A stretch of 63,000 nucleotides of DNA, the filler included, from Nitrospirae bacterium MYbin3 (GTDB lineage: Bacteria; Nitrospirota; Thermodesulfovibrionia; Thermodesulfovibrionales; Dissulfurispiraceae), in NCBI GenBank assembly GCA_002753335.1. It is 3 parts of 3 records of this genome, joined end to end, with 100 filler letters (N's around TTAATTAATTAA, not from the genome) between each part and the next. Parts side by side here need not be neighbours in the genome. Positions count along the whole stretch, not along the records: positions 1 to 23,345 come from PEAD01000037.1; positions 23,446 to 45,326 come from PEAD01000038.1; 1 more part is not named here. The stretch is one strand, 5' to 3'. Positions within the stretch are counted from its first letter, which is position 1. Every line of letters begins with the position of its first letter. Made by a program: the position numbers and the translations under genes. Positions 19,557-29,223 of this stretch are shown here, piece by piece. Under the pieces are notes generated by a model. The model did not search any database. It saw only the letters and a list, made by a program, of their open reading frames with translations, and was not told the DNA's origin.

Positions 19557-21266
19557 TTAAATTTCGAAGATAAGAGGCATTATCATCGGTCTTCTGTCCA
19601 TTCTGCTTCTAAAGTGTTTTTTCAGGGCGGCGCGGAGTTTTGCAGAGATGTGTGATATATCGCTTTTAAGGTTTTCATCAAGCTCCGAAAGTGTGTGTGC
19701 GGTCAATTCTCTGACTTCGTTCAAAAGGTCCTGAGAAGCATCCTCAAAAATAAATCCCCACTTTATTATTTCTGGGCCGAATATTATCTTTTTTGTTGCC
19801 TGTTCCATGCATAGATGCACAATCACAATGCCGTCTTCACCCAGCTGCTTTCTGTCTCTGAGCACAACGTCCTCTACCGCAGGAGAGCCTTTGCCGTCGA
19901 TCAAAACTCTTCCCGAGTTCACCCGGCCTTTTACGGCTGCGCCTTCGCCTGCTATTTCAAGGACTGCGCCGTCTTCGAGGATAAATATGTTTTCGGAAGG
20001 GATGCCCGATTTTTCGGCCAGGCGCGCATGGTATTTCAGGTGGCGGTACTCGCCATGAATAGGCATGAAGTAGCGCGGCTTCACCATATTCATCATAAGC
20101 TTAAGCTCTTCTTTTGAGGCATGGCCCGAGACATGTATCTCCGAAACTTTTTCGTATATCACGTCGGCGCCTTTGCGCATAAGATGATTGATGATCTTCC
20201 CGATAGAGCGTTCGTTGCCGGGTATCATCTTGGCCGAAAGTATTACGGTATCACCCTCTTTTATTTTTATCTCTTTGTGTTCGCCTGCTGCGATTCTGGA
20301 CAGCACGCTCATAGGCTCGCCCTGGCTGCCGGTGGTTATTATCACAACCTTGCTGTCGTCCATGTCTTTAAGCTTGTCCAGCTTTACCCATGTTTCTGCC
20401 GGTATCTTTAGGTATCCGAGCTCCAGAGCTATCTGCGAATTGGTGACCATGCTTCTGCCGCACATCATCACACGCCTTCCGAACTGCCGGGCCACGTCTA
20501 TGACCTGCTGAATCCTGTGTATGTTTGAGGCGAAGGTGGCTATTATGATCCGGCCGGTTTTTTTGTAGAAGATATCTTCAAAGGCCCTTCTGACCTCTTT
20601 TTCGGAGAATGTGAAACCGCCTTTTTCTGCGTTTGTGCTGTCAGAGAGCATAAGGACTACGCCGTTTTCACCATACTCCGCAAATTTATGAAAGTCCATA
20701 AGCTCGCCGTCCACAGGAGTGGGATCGAGCTTGAAGTCTCCTGTATGGATAACATTTCCGATCGGCGTCTGAATGCCGAGAGCTACACCGTCCACTATGC
20801 TGTGTGTAACTCTGATGAATTCGACCCTGAAAACACCGAGCTGAATAGTGCCTCTCGGTTTGACCGGAACCATAGAAACATTTTCGATTTTGTATTCATC
20901 AAGTTTGTCGCGCACCAGAGCGAGTGTAAGTGGAGTGCCGTACACCGGAGCCTTAAGCTCTTTTAGCAGAAAAGGAAGCGCCCCGGTATGGTCTTCATGG
21001 CCGTGCGTCAGAATTATTCCCCTTAGCTTATCCTTATGTTCAAGCACATACGAAAAGTCGGGGATAACGAAATCGATTCCGGGCATATCATCTTCAGGAA
21101 ACATAAGCCCTGCGTCAACAAGGAACATGTCATCGCCGTAACGGAATAGGGTCATGTTGAGGCCAATCTCCTCGACTCCGCCGAAAGGGATGACACAAAG
21201 AGAATCGCTGCTCATCTGATAGTCAGGGATACTGTTTTTTGAGGCTGTCGGTAAATCCGGGATCAT
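19557..21266 (-). CDS. rnj: Ribonuclease J
   Basis: GGVEEIGLNM, THGHEDHTG, HTGDFKLD, TTGSQGEP, HVSGHA. Confidence 0.96.
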   Translation of the reverse strand: MIPDLPTASKNSIPDYQMSSDSLCVIPFGGVEEIGLNMTLFRYGDDMFLVDAGLMFPEDDMPGIDFVIPDFSYVLEHKDKLRGIILTHGHEDHTGALPFLLKELKAPVYGTPLTLALVRDKLDEYKIENVSMVPVKPRGTIQLGVFRVEFIRVTHSIVDGVALGIQTPIGNVIHTGDFKLDPTPVDGELMDFHKFAEYGENGVVLMLSDSTNAEKGGFTFSEKEVRRAFEDIFYKKTGRIIIATFASNIHRIQQVIDVARQFGRRVMMCGRSMVTNSQIALELGYLKIPAETWVKLDKLKDMDDSKVVIITTGSQGEPMSVLSRIAAGEHKEIKIKEGDTVILSAKMIPGNERSIGKIINHLMRKGADVIYEKVSEIHVSGHASKEELKLMMNMVKPRYFMPIHGEYRHLKYHARLAEKSGIPSENIFILEDGAVLEIAGEGAAVKGRVNSGRVLIDGKGSPAVEDVVLRDRKQLGEDGIVIVHLCMEQATKKIIFGPEIIKWGFIFEDASQDLLNEVRELTAHTLSELDENLKSDISHISAKLRAALKKHFRSRMDRRPMIMPLIFEI

Positions 21267-22384
21267 CTCCAGCGATCTACAAGGTCGTCCATTGCAACTT
21301 CTCCATCAAGCACCTGCTGCAGCATAGCTTTTTGCGAAGGCAGGTCGGCCTTGGATTCCTTTACTCTCCGTATCGGCTGCTCGATGTTTAGAAACGCATC
21401 TACAACAGAAGGATCGAACTGTTTAGCGCGCTGTTCTTTTATGTATTCAAAGGCCTTGCCGACATCCCATGCTTTTTTATAAACCCTTTCGGACGTCAGG
21501 GCGTCGAAAACATCCGCCACAGCCACAATCCTTCCCGAAATAGGGATGAGATCTTTATCAAGCTTGAAAGGATATCCCAAACCGTCCCATCTTTCATGGT
21601 GGCTCACCGCTATCTCTTTTGCAAGCTCCATCAACGGAAGCGTGGTGCCGCTGAGTATCTTGCCTCCTATAACAGTATGCAGCTTGATTATATCGTGTTC
21701 ACTGTCTGTGAGCTTGTCTGTCTTAAGGAGTATGTTGTCCGGGATGCCTATCTTGCCGACATCATGCATCGGAGAAGCGTAGCGCATCATCATAGCCTGA
21801 TCCAAATTCATGCCGAGTTCTTCGGATATAAGGTTTACATAATCCGAAATCCTTTCAACATGCATGCCGGTCTCGTTGTCTCTGAATTCCGAAGCCCTGC
21901 CCAGTCTGTGCACTATCTCTATCTGCGTGTGTTCGAGCATGCGCATTTTCTCATGCAGGTTCGATTCAAGGAAATCGAGGGAAGTGTTCAGGAATTCGTC
22001 CCTCTCTTTCAGCTTGAGCATGTTATAAACCCGGGCCTTAAGCTCCTCAACAAAGAAGGGCTTGGTTACATAGTCGTCGGCGCCGACAGAGAGCGCGCGT
22101 ATAATGCTCTGTTTGTCGCTTAGTGCAGAGAGGATTATTACCGGGAAATATGTCTTGCTTCTGGCTTCTTTAAGCGCTTCAAGCACCGCAAAGCCGTCCA
22201 TAACAGGCATCATAAGGTCGAGGATAAGCAGATCCGGAACTCCGCTTTTGTCTACAAGGTCCAAAAGCTCTTTGCCGTGCAGGGCCTGTCCTATTGTAAG
22301 GTTTGGATCATTTTTAAAAACAGCCTCGACAAGCTCTATGTTTGTTTCAACATCATCAACAACATAAATAGTTCTCTTATGCAT
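21263..22384 (-). CDS. REC + HD-GYP cyclic-di-GMP phosphodiesterase
   Basis: ETGMHVERI, HDVGKIG, HHERWDGLGYP, DVFDAL; ATG overlaps upstream TGA (TGATG). Confidence 0.93.
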   Translation of the reverse strand: MHKRTIYVVDDVETNIELVEAVFKNDPNLTIGQALHGKELLDLVDKSGVPDLLILDLMMPVMDGFAVLEALKEARSKTYFPVIILSALSDKQSIIRALSVGADDYVTKPFFVEELKARVYNMLKLKERDEFLNTSLDFLESNLHEKMRMLEHTQIEIVHRLGRASEFRDNETGMHVERISDYVNLISEELGMNLDQAMMMRYASPMHDVGKIGIPDNILLKTDKLTDSEHDIIKLHTVIGGKILSGTTLPLMELAKEIAVSHHERWDGLGYPFKLDKDLIPISGRIVAVADVFDALTSERVYKKAWDVGKAFEYIKEQRAKQFDPSVVDAFLNIEQPIRRVKESKADLPSQKAMLQQVLDGEVAMDDLVDRWR

Positions 22385-23345
22385 CAATTGCTCCTGCCTC
22401 TTTCGTCCGTTCCCAATTTTTTATTTCTTAGCCTCAGTGAATTCCCTACCACCGAAACCGAGCTGAACGCCATTGCTGCCGAAGCTATCATAGGGTTAAG
22501 CAAAGGGCCTCCAAAAAGGTAAAGTATGCCGGCCGCAACCGGTATGCCAATTACATTATAAAAGAAAGCCCAGAACAAATTCTGCTTTATTGTTTTTATT
22601 GTAAGCCGGCTTAGCTTAATGGCATCAACCACACCGTGCAGGGAGCTTCTCATCAAAGTGATGTCCGAGGCCTCAATCGCAATGTCGGTGCCGGTTCCCA
22701 TCGCTATTCCGACATCCGCTTCCGCAAGAGCGGGGGCGTCGTTTATGCCGTCGCCGACCATCGCCGTAATTTTGCCCTCAGCCTTTATTTTTTTCACAGC
22801 TTCTGCTTTCTGGTCAGGCAGTACATCGGCTATGAACCGGGATGTACCCACTGCGCGGGCTATTGCGGCCGCGGTGGTTTCATGGTCTCCGGTTAGCATG
22901 ATGGTTTCTATGCCCATGGCATTGAGTTCTTTTATTGTCTCTATTGATCCATCTTTTAAAGTGTCTGCTATCGCAAAAACCCCCTCTACAGAACGGTTGA
23001 CAACGAAAAAGACCGGGGTCTTTGCTTCGGAGGATATTTTATCCGCCATTATTCCGGCTACCGACAGGTCGATTCCCTCTTTTTCGATAAGGGTTCTGTT
23101 GCCCATAAGTATATCGAGAGAGCCGGTGTATTCAGGAGCCTGAACCATGATTTTTGCTTTGACACCGCCCCCCGGAATTGCGACGAATTCAACAGGCTCT
23201 AAAAGTTCGATGCCATTTTCAACAGCCCTTCTGACTATGGCCTGTCCTATCGGATGCTCCGATCTTTTTTCGGCCGAGGCTGCTATCTGAAGCATGCTAA
23301 AAGCCGGTCCCCGCTGTTCCGGGGCCGATTTTTTTGTGACGGCTT
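22384..23345 (-). CDS. copA: Cu(I)-type P1B ATPase, C-terminal part (truncated by the spacer)
   Basis: SEHPIG, MLTGD, MVGDGINDAPALA, YNVIGIP, AMAFSSVSV; frame open to the gap. Confidence 0.9.
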
Positions 23346-23445
23346 NNNNNNNNNNNNNNNNNNNNNNNNNNNNNNNNNNNNNNNNNNNNTTAATTAATTA
23401 ANNNNNNNNNNNNNNNNNNNNNNNNNNNNNNNNNNNNNNNNNNNN
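23346..23445. other. Artificial contig spacer N44-TTAATTAATTAA-N44
   Basis: Exactly 100 nt with an all-frame-stop linker at 23390-23401. Confidence 0.97.
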
Positions 23446-23549
23446 TCGGATTCGGTAACATAGGCTCCCCCTTTAAGTTAGTGCCTATGTTATTGCACTT
23501 ATTATGCCTACACTATCCCCTATACCTCACATAGTGCGTTCGCCCTGAT

Positions 23550-23572
23550 TACCTCTGTGCTCTCTGTGGTAA
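23550..23572. repeat. Half copy of the CCACAGAG/CTCTGTGG element
   Basis: ctctgtgctctctgtggt matches the right arm of the 81-186 and 61829-61983 elements. Confidence 0.55.
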
Positions 23573-23625
23573 ATGCCTTTTTTTTAGGATAATATAAGCA
23601 GAACATTTTGAGTTATAATTACCTG

Positions 23626-23784
23626 ATGGATAAAAAAAGCACCGACAAGAAAAATCCCTGTCCGGACTGCGAATTCTGCCAGTTCTGCAGCGACACGCGC
23701 TGCGGTATGTGCAGGCCATCACCCAAGAAAAAAAAGAAAGACTGCTGCAAAAAAGAAGACAAGCCGCTATTCAGGACATACTAG
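23626..23784 (+). CDS. Small Cys/Lys-rich protein (52 aa), absent from the ORF track
   Basis: MDKKSTDKKNPCPDCEFCQFCSDTRCGMCRPSPKKKKKDCCKKEDKPLFRTY; TATAAT 6 nt upstream. Confidence 0.7.
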   Translation: MDKKSTDKKNPCPDCEFCQFCSDTRCGMCRPSPKKKKKDCCKKEDKPLFRTY

Positions 23785-23818
23785 TAAAATACATATAAAC
23801 TCAGGAGGACTCAAAAAA

Positions 23819-24394
23819 ATGAAGGTAATCGCATTCAACGGCAGCGCACGCAAGGACGGAAACACAGCAATACTTATCAATCTGGTATTTGACGAACTGA
23901 AAAACGAAGGCATAGAAACAGAGATGTACCAGCTTGCGGGCAAGCAGATAGGCGGCTGCATAGCCTGCTTTAAATGCTTCGCAAATAAAAACAAGCGCTG
24001 CGCTGTTGAAAAAGACATAGCCAACGAATGCATAGAAAAAATGCTTGAAGCGGACGGGATAATACTGGGATCGCCCACATATTTTGCGGATGTTTCGGCA
24101 AGCATGAAGGCGCTGATTGAACGCGCCGGCATGGTTGCAAGGGCTAATGGAGATATGTTCAAACGCAAAGCCGGAGCAGGAGTTGTGGCGGTAAGGCGGG
24201 CAGGCGCAACAAGCGTATTCAGCTCGCTGAACTATTTCTTTTTCATCGGACAGATGGTTGTGCCGGGATCAAACTACTGGAATTTAGGCATCGGCCGAGA
24301 GGTAGGAGAGGTGAGCAACGACAACGAAGGTGTGCAAACCATGAAAAACCTTGGACAGAATATGGCGTGGCTTTTGAAGAAGATAAACAGTTAG
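23819..24394 (+). CDS. Iron-sulfur flavoprotein (Isf)/flavodoxin-family FMN reductase
   Basis: FNGSARKDGNT, CIACFKC...C cluster motif, LGSPTYF; AGGAGG RBS. Confidence 0.92.
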   Translation: MKVIAFNGSARKDGNTAILINLVFDELKNEGIETEMYQLAGKQIGGCIACFKCFANKNKRCAVEKDIANECIEKMLEADGIILGSPTYFADVSASMKALIERAGMVARANGDMFKRKAGAGVVAVRRAGATSVFSSLNYFFFIGQMVVPGSNYWNLGIGREVGEVSNDNEGVQTMKNLGQNMAWLLKKINS

Positions 24395-25464
24395 CGGACA
24401 CCCATAATATTTTCGAGAACCTTTTTGTAATCGGCGGATGCTTCTTTGAGCATCCGCTGTTCTGTATATATTTCGGCTCGAAGCAGATAAACAGAATAGT
24501 CATTCGGCATCTTTGCGATTGCAGATGAGAATGCATCAAGCGATTCCTTAACCTGTCCTTTTTTGCCGAGCGTATAAGCCATATAATATTCCGAAGGAAG
24601 GTAGGCTCCTGACTTCACAGCGTTTTGAAGCAGTTCTATCGCCTCTACCAACCTACCGTTTTTTGAAAGCAGATATCCGAGCCTTGACATAACTGCTGCG
24701 CTTTCAGGGTCATTGGCAAGCCCTTTGCGCAGAACAGCTTCGGCCTCGGCATATTTTTGTTCGAGTTCGTAGAGTTTAGAAAGTTCGATGTATGGCATCA
24801 TGTATTTAGGGTCTTTATCCGTAGCCTTATTAAAAAACGGATAGGCCATTTCGTATCTCTTTTTTTTCACAAATTCGATGGCAAGGTTCAGGTCAGAAAT
24901 CGCATCGTACCTTGCTTTGTAGCCTGTTTTCGGCTTCTCGCGGGGAGCCTCTCCAGCGAGTTCTGCAAGATATTCGAACATCTCTTCACTTCTCAGCAGA
25001 CCCTATCCGGGCAGTTCGTACGCCACCTTTCCACCTGACAGCACAACGGTTGACGGAAGCGCAATAACTCCGTAATCGTGAAATACTTTAAGACCTTCGT
25101 CAATAAGGATTGGAAAAGATATTTTCAGCCCACCTGCAAATGCCTTTATCTTGGCCACGTCATCGGCAGAAAGGGTCTGCTGCTCTGCGTTTATGCCGAT
25201 TACCTGTATATTTCTGTCTGCGTATTTACGGTAGTATGCGTCAAACCTTTTAAGCGCATCAGGGGATCTGCCGCTCCATGTGGTCCAGAAAACAATTATC
25301 AGCGCCTTCTTCGATGAAAAATCCTGCAGGCCGTAGCTTTTCCCGTCAATATCCTTGAGTTTAAAATCGGGAGGTGTTTTGCCCACCTGAATAAGCTCGT
25401 CAGCAAAGACCGAAGAAGAAACAAGCATGGCAGCTATAAGAAAAATAGTTTTTATAAAAATCAA
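24391..25464 (-). pseudogene. Exported TlpA-like redoxin (SxxS) + TPR fusion interrupted by one in-frame TAG at 25003-25005
   Basis: ORFs 25003-25464 and 24391-24981 share a frame: YELPG-TAG-GLLRSEEMFEYL; PDFKLKDIDG and WTTWSGRS redoxin motifs. Confidence 0.75.
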
Positions 25465-25618
25465 CAGCAGCCCCTCCCCTTTTTATCGTCATTGATATAT
25501 TACCCAACCACAAATTTTTAGGCAATTTATCGGAATTATTGAGGCAAAACCTGCTCTGGATTTTTTTAAAGCTATGATATAAACTAACCATATCCCCAAA
25601 ACAGAAGGAGAAACAGCT

Positions 25619-27469
25619 ATGCAAAAGAAACTAAAATCGTGTGTGAGGGTTGACAATAAAACTTATGACATTACCTCGCGCAGCAACATAGCGTTTCTTT
25701 TGGGTATAAAAAATGGCCGTCAGGCTTTAGTGAGATGGCTTAATGCTAACCAGCAGAACCCTGAGCATGAGCAGGTTTACGCTGCAGTTTCTGAATTTGT
25801 CGGTGGTCAGGGCAGGATATTTGAACCGGTTATAGCAACTGCAGCTATCGCAAGCTTTGTACTTACTCCAACGGTTGCGATGCCTCTGGTAAAACCTATG
25901 TCACCTGTTTGCAAAACCTGCCACAAAGACGGCATAAACGACCAGGGCATCGTTATGGCAAAAAAGATACCTGCGAAAACATACGCAAAAAAATCTGCTC
26001 CTAAAAAAGATATAACGAGCCTTACCTTTGTCAATTTAGGATCTACCGGCAGCGGTGTTGAAGAGATTAGCGATGTTGCGGACATTGGAGAAACCTCAAA
26101 AGGCAAGGTCATTGCGAGCTGGCTTAACTTTAGGGATGACAAGGGTATGCGCCAGATGAGCGAGTACGGAAGGCATGCACCAAAGGGCGCTGAGGTCGAA
26201 TTCGGCCCTAAAGCATACACGCTAATAAAAAATGGCGTTGAATGGAGCATGAGAAACATTACCAGCATAAACGGAATAGAGGTAAATGAAAATATATTCA
26301 TTGCTGAGTTCTATGTAAAACATGAAACCGACGACAGAAAATATCTTGCAAAGACAGAAAAAACCTCACCAACTACAAAGAAAGAGCAGAAGGCGGAGGA
26401 TAAGATAGCAGAAGAAAAACCTGTGCTTGATAAAGTAGCTGAACCGGTTGAAGAGAAGCAAACAGCCCAAGTGGATAAAGAAATTGTTAAACCTGCAGAA
26501 GAAGCCAAGCAGGCCGATGCTCCAGAAAAGAAAGAACTCACGTTTGTCAACTTAGGCTCAACCGGACAAGGAATAGAAAAGGTCGGAGAAATTTATGAAA
26601 CCGGAAATTCTGCAGAGGCAAAGGTAAGCTCAACACAGCTTATTTTCAGGAATGACAAAGGCATGCGCCTGATGAGCGGCATGGGCAAATATGCGCCTAA
26701 AGGTGCTGATATAGTATTGGGCGAAAAGGCATACAAGATGCTTAAAAACGGCGTAGAATGGAATATGAGAAGCGTAACAAGCATCAATGGAACAGAGATC
26801 AACGAGGCGGTTTTTATAGCCGAATATTTCATCAAAAAAGACTCAGCCTCACCTAAATATGTGGTAAAGCTGAAAGACCAAAGCCTGATGGCTAAGGCAG
26901 AAGCTGCTCCTGAGTACAACTTATACCAGTCAGCCACGGTTGAAAAGGCCCAAAAAAAGCATTTGGAAAGCGAAATATCCAAAGCCATTCAGAAGCCTCT
27001 CGATACAACCACCACAGCAGACGAGAAAACCAATGTATATGAGATGACTACGCGCTTGGGTGGCTTGACCATAAACCATACATTCAGGGGAAGCGGCAGC
27101 CTTACCATTCACGAGGTTTCGCTCAAATCATATCCTGAGGCAACTTTTCAGGAGGTGTTCACAGTTCCTCTGTCAGAAGTAAAAAAGGACATCGTAAAGT
27201 ACAAATACGGTATGGATGGAAAGATAGAAAAAAATATAATGGTGATTCTTGCAAAGGAGCTTTCACCCATGTTCAGCAACAATATGGTGCGCCAGCTTCC
27301 TTCGCCTGACGGACGTTTTGTTACCGGCATTAAGATAATCGGTGATGATGAGTATCTTAAAAACATATATTTCGGTTTGAGCAACGGGCAGTGGTTTCCT
27401 TTGAATGACGATTTTCTGAGCAAGATACTGCTGTCTGAACCGATATACACGCAGGCTTTTAAAAGATAG
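25619..27469 (+). CDS. Unknown membrane-anchored protein with one CxxCH and a duplicated 100-aa domain
   Basis: AAGGAG RBS; hydrophobic segment then CKTCH (25910-25924); repeats at 26021-26320 and 26537-26836. Confidence 0.8.
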   Translation: MQKKLKSCVRVDNKTYDITSRSNIAFLLGIKNGRQALVRWLNANQQNPEHEQVYAAVSEFVGGQGRIFEPVIATAAIASFVLTPTVAMPLVKPMSPVCKTCHKDGINDQGIVMAKKIPAKTYAKKSAPKKDITSLTFVNLGSTGSGVEEISDVADIGETSKGKVIASWLNFRDDKGMRQMSEYGRHAPKGAEVEFGPKAYTLIKNGVEWSMRNITSINGIEVNENIFIAEFYVKHETDDRKYLAKTEKTSPTTKKEQKAEDKIAEEKPVLDKVAEPVEEKQTAQVDKEIVKPAEEAKQADAPEKKELTFVNLGSTGQGIEKVGEIYETGNSAEAKVSSTQLIFRNDKGMRLMSGMGKYAPKGADIVLGEKAYKMLKNGVEWNMRSVTSINGTEINEAVFIAEYFIKKDSASPKYVVKLKDQSLMAKAEAAPEYNLYQSATVEKAQKKHLESEISKAIQKPLDTTTTADEKTNVYEMTTRLGGLTINHTFRGSGSLTIHEVSLKSYPEATFQEVFTVPLSEVKKDIVKYKYGMDGKIEKNIMVILAKELSPMFSNNMVRQLPSPDGRFVTGIKIIGDDEYLKNIYFGLSNGQWFPLNDDFLSKILLSEPIYTQAFKR

Positions 27470-27506
27470 TATCTAAAAAATTCCGGCTAAATTAAGGGAA
27501 GCAGGA

Positions 27507-28007
27507 TTAGTTCTGCTTCCCTTTTTCATTGATATGAAAAAACAGGTACTGATCTTTTGCCTGAAGCTGTGTGTCATTTACAGGAAAGAAGGTTATAGCC
27601 CCTGACCTCTCGCTGACAAAATAATCAAAATTGCTTAAAAACGTGCCGCCAAGAAGATTCATCGCAGACTTAGGCACATAATGGATTTCTACATTCTTAA
27701 GCTCTATCGAACCCAATTTTACAGAGTCGGCAATAAATGAAAAAGACTCTACTGATCCGTTTGCTGACTCAGCCTTCAACCGCTTGCCGAATCTGGATAT
27801 TCCTATTTTTCTTACGCCTTCGGAGTTAAGTACTATGTGTGATGCGCCTGTGTCGAAGACCATTTCAACCGGGACATTATTAATAAGCACTGTGATATAT
27901 TTAAGACGGCTTGAGACTTTCTGGTAATATTTGACCGTTTCGGCAATAACTTCTGAGACCAAAACCAAACAGAACAAAACACAAAACGCAAAAAGTATGC
28001 GCCTCAA
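27507..28007 (-). CDS. Exported retropepsin-like (clan AA) aspartic protease
   Basis: Signal peptide, MVFDTGASH, SANG, NLLGGTFL. Confidence 0.85.
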   Translation of the reverse strand: MRRILFAFCVLFCLVLVSEVIAETVKYYQKVSSRLKYITVLINNVPVEMVFDTGASHIVLNSEGVRKIGISRFGKRLKAESANGSVESFSFIADSVKLGSIELKNVEIHYVPKSAMNLLGGTFLSNFDYFVSERSGAITFFPVNDTQLQAKDQYLFFHINEKGKQN

Positions 28008-28165
28008 GAAATACCCCGTTTATAAAATTTTCTGTTAAACATATCAATAGGTTACGTTTAATAAGCATTAAACATGCCACATTGATATCTTGTTGATTTA
28101 AAAGGATTTATCGACAATTAAGTCATTTTTTTGACAGAATCAAGGCAAACAAAAGGTCAAAAAAA

Positions 28166-28654
28166 CTACTTTTGGCGGGAAGCGAGCTTCTCTCTCAGGG
28201 CACGCTCAACAACTTCAGGAACCAGCCCTTTAACAGAACCTCCGAAAGATGCTATTTCTTTTACTATGGTTGAAGTGAGAAACGAATACTCCTGCGAAGG
28301 CATCATAAAAACAGTCTCGACATCGCTTGCAAGCCTCCTGTTCATCAAAGCAAGCTGCAGTTCATACTCAAAATCGGATATAGCCCTGAGTCCGCGCAAA
28401 ATGCCTACGCCTTTTTGCTGCCTGACATATTCGACCAGAAGCCCGTCAAATGCTGATATCTCGACATTGTTAAAGCCTCGTGTAACTTCATTAATCAGCT
28501 CAAGACGCTCATCGAGCGAAAACAAAGGGTTCTTCTTATCGCTCGGCGCTACAGCTATCAAAATCTTGTCAAAAATCCTAAGGCCCCTCTCTATAATATC
28601 GAGATGCCCGTTTGTTACCGGATCAAAAGTACCGGGACATATGCCTAATCTCAT
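28166..28654 (-). CDS. coaD: Phosphopantetheine adenylyltransferase
   Basis: PGTFDPVTNGHLDII, RGLRAISDFEYE. Confidence 0.97.
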   Translation of the reverse strand: MRLGICPGTFDPVTNGHLDIIERGLRIFDKILIAVAPSDKKNPLFSLDERLELINEVTRGFNNVEISAFDGLLVEYVRQQKGVGILRGLRAISDFEYELQLALMNRRLASDVETVFMMPSQEYSFLTSTIVKEIASFGGSVKGLVPEVVERALREKLASRQK

Positions 28655-29223
28655 TTATTTTCCCCCTTTGAATAAATGCTTAGAGCCGTATCGCCGTAGC
28701 GGTACGACCTAAAATGTTTGAGCTTTCCAAACTCCGCCGGTGAAGATTTTCTGGATGAATGCTCCCAGACTACAACTCCCGAATCCTTAAGCAAATCTTT
28801 AAGCCCTATCAATTCAAAAACCTCGTCGGTATCATCATAATCGTATGGTGGGTCTATAAAAATAATATCGAACTCCCGTTCCTCAACCTTTAGAAACCTT
28901 AAAACATCATCTTTTACAACTTCGGTTCTGTCAGCAAAACCGAAGCGTTCTACCATAGTTCTGATAGCCTTAAAACGGGCCTGATTACGCTCTACAAAAA
29001 CCACATGTGCTGCTCCCCTGCTCAGAGACTCTAACCCCACAGCGCCTGTGCCGGAATACAGATCAAGAAAGTCACTGCCTGACACCTTATCGTACAGTAT
29101 ATTGAAAAGAGCCTGCCTTACTTTTGCTGAGGTCGGCCTCAAGTTATCTTCTGTTTTGCTTCCGAGAAGAGACTTGTTGAGGATAACCTTTCTGCCTTTA
29201 GCCGAACCTGCCGATATCCTCAT
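28651..29223 (-). CDS. rsmD: 16S rRNA m2G966 methyltransferase
   Basis: LRPTSAKVRQALFN, LDLYSGTGAVGLESLSRGA, DPPY. Confidence 0.95.
   Translation of the reverse strand: MRISAGSAKGRKVILNKSLLGSKTEDNLRPTSAKVRQALFNILYDKVSGSDFLDLYSGTGAVGLESLSRGAAHVVFVERNQARFKAIRTMVERFGFADRTEVVKDDVLRFLKVEEREFDIIFIDPPYDYDDTDEVFELIGLKDLLKDSGVVVWEHSSRKSSPAEFGKLKHFRSYRYGDTALSIYSKGENK

Noticed and set aside
23346..23445. TTAATTAATTAA palindrome inside N runs (also 45327-45426)
   Set aside because: Identical 100-nt artificial linker; not biological, and linkage across it is not assumed
25619..27469. Magnetosome (magnetochrome) protein interpretation of the CxxCH protein
   Set aside because: Only one CxxCH, no magnetochrome pattern, PDZ or protease domain, and no mam genes in the window
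28131..28712. 193-aa plus-strand ORF
   Set aside because: Antisense shadow of coaD
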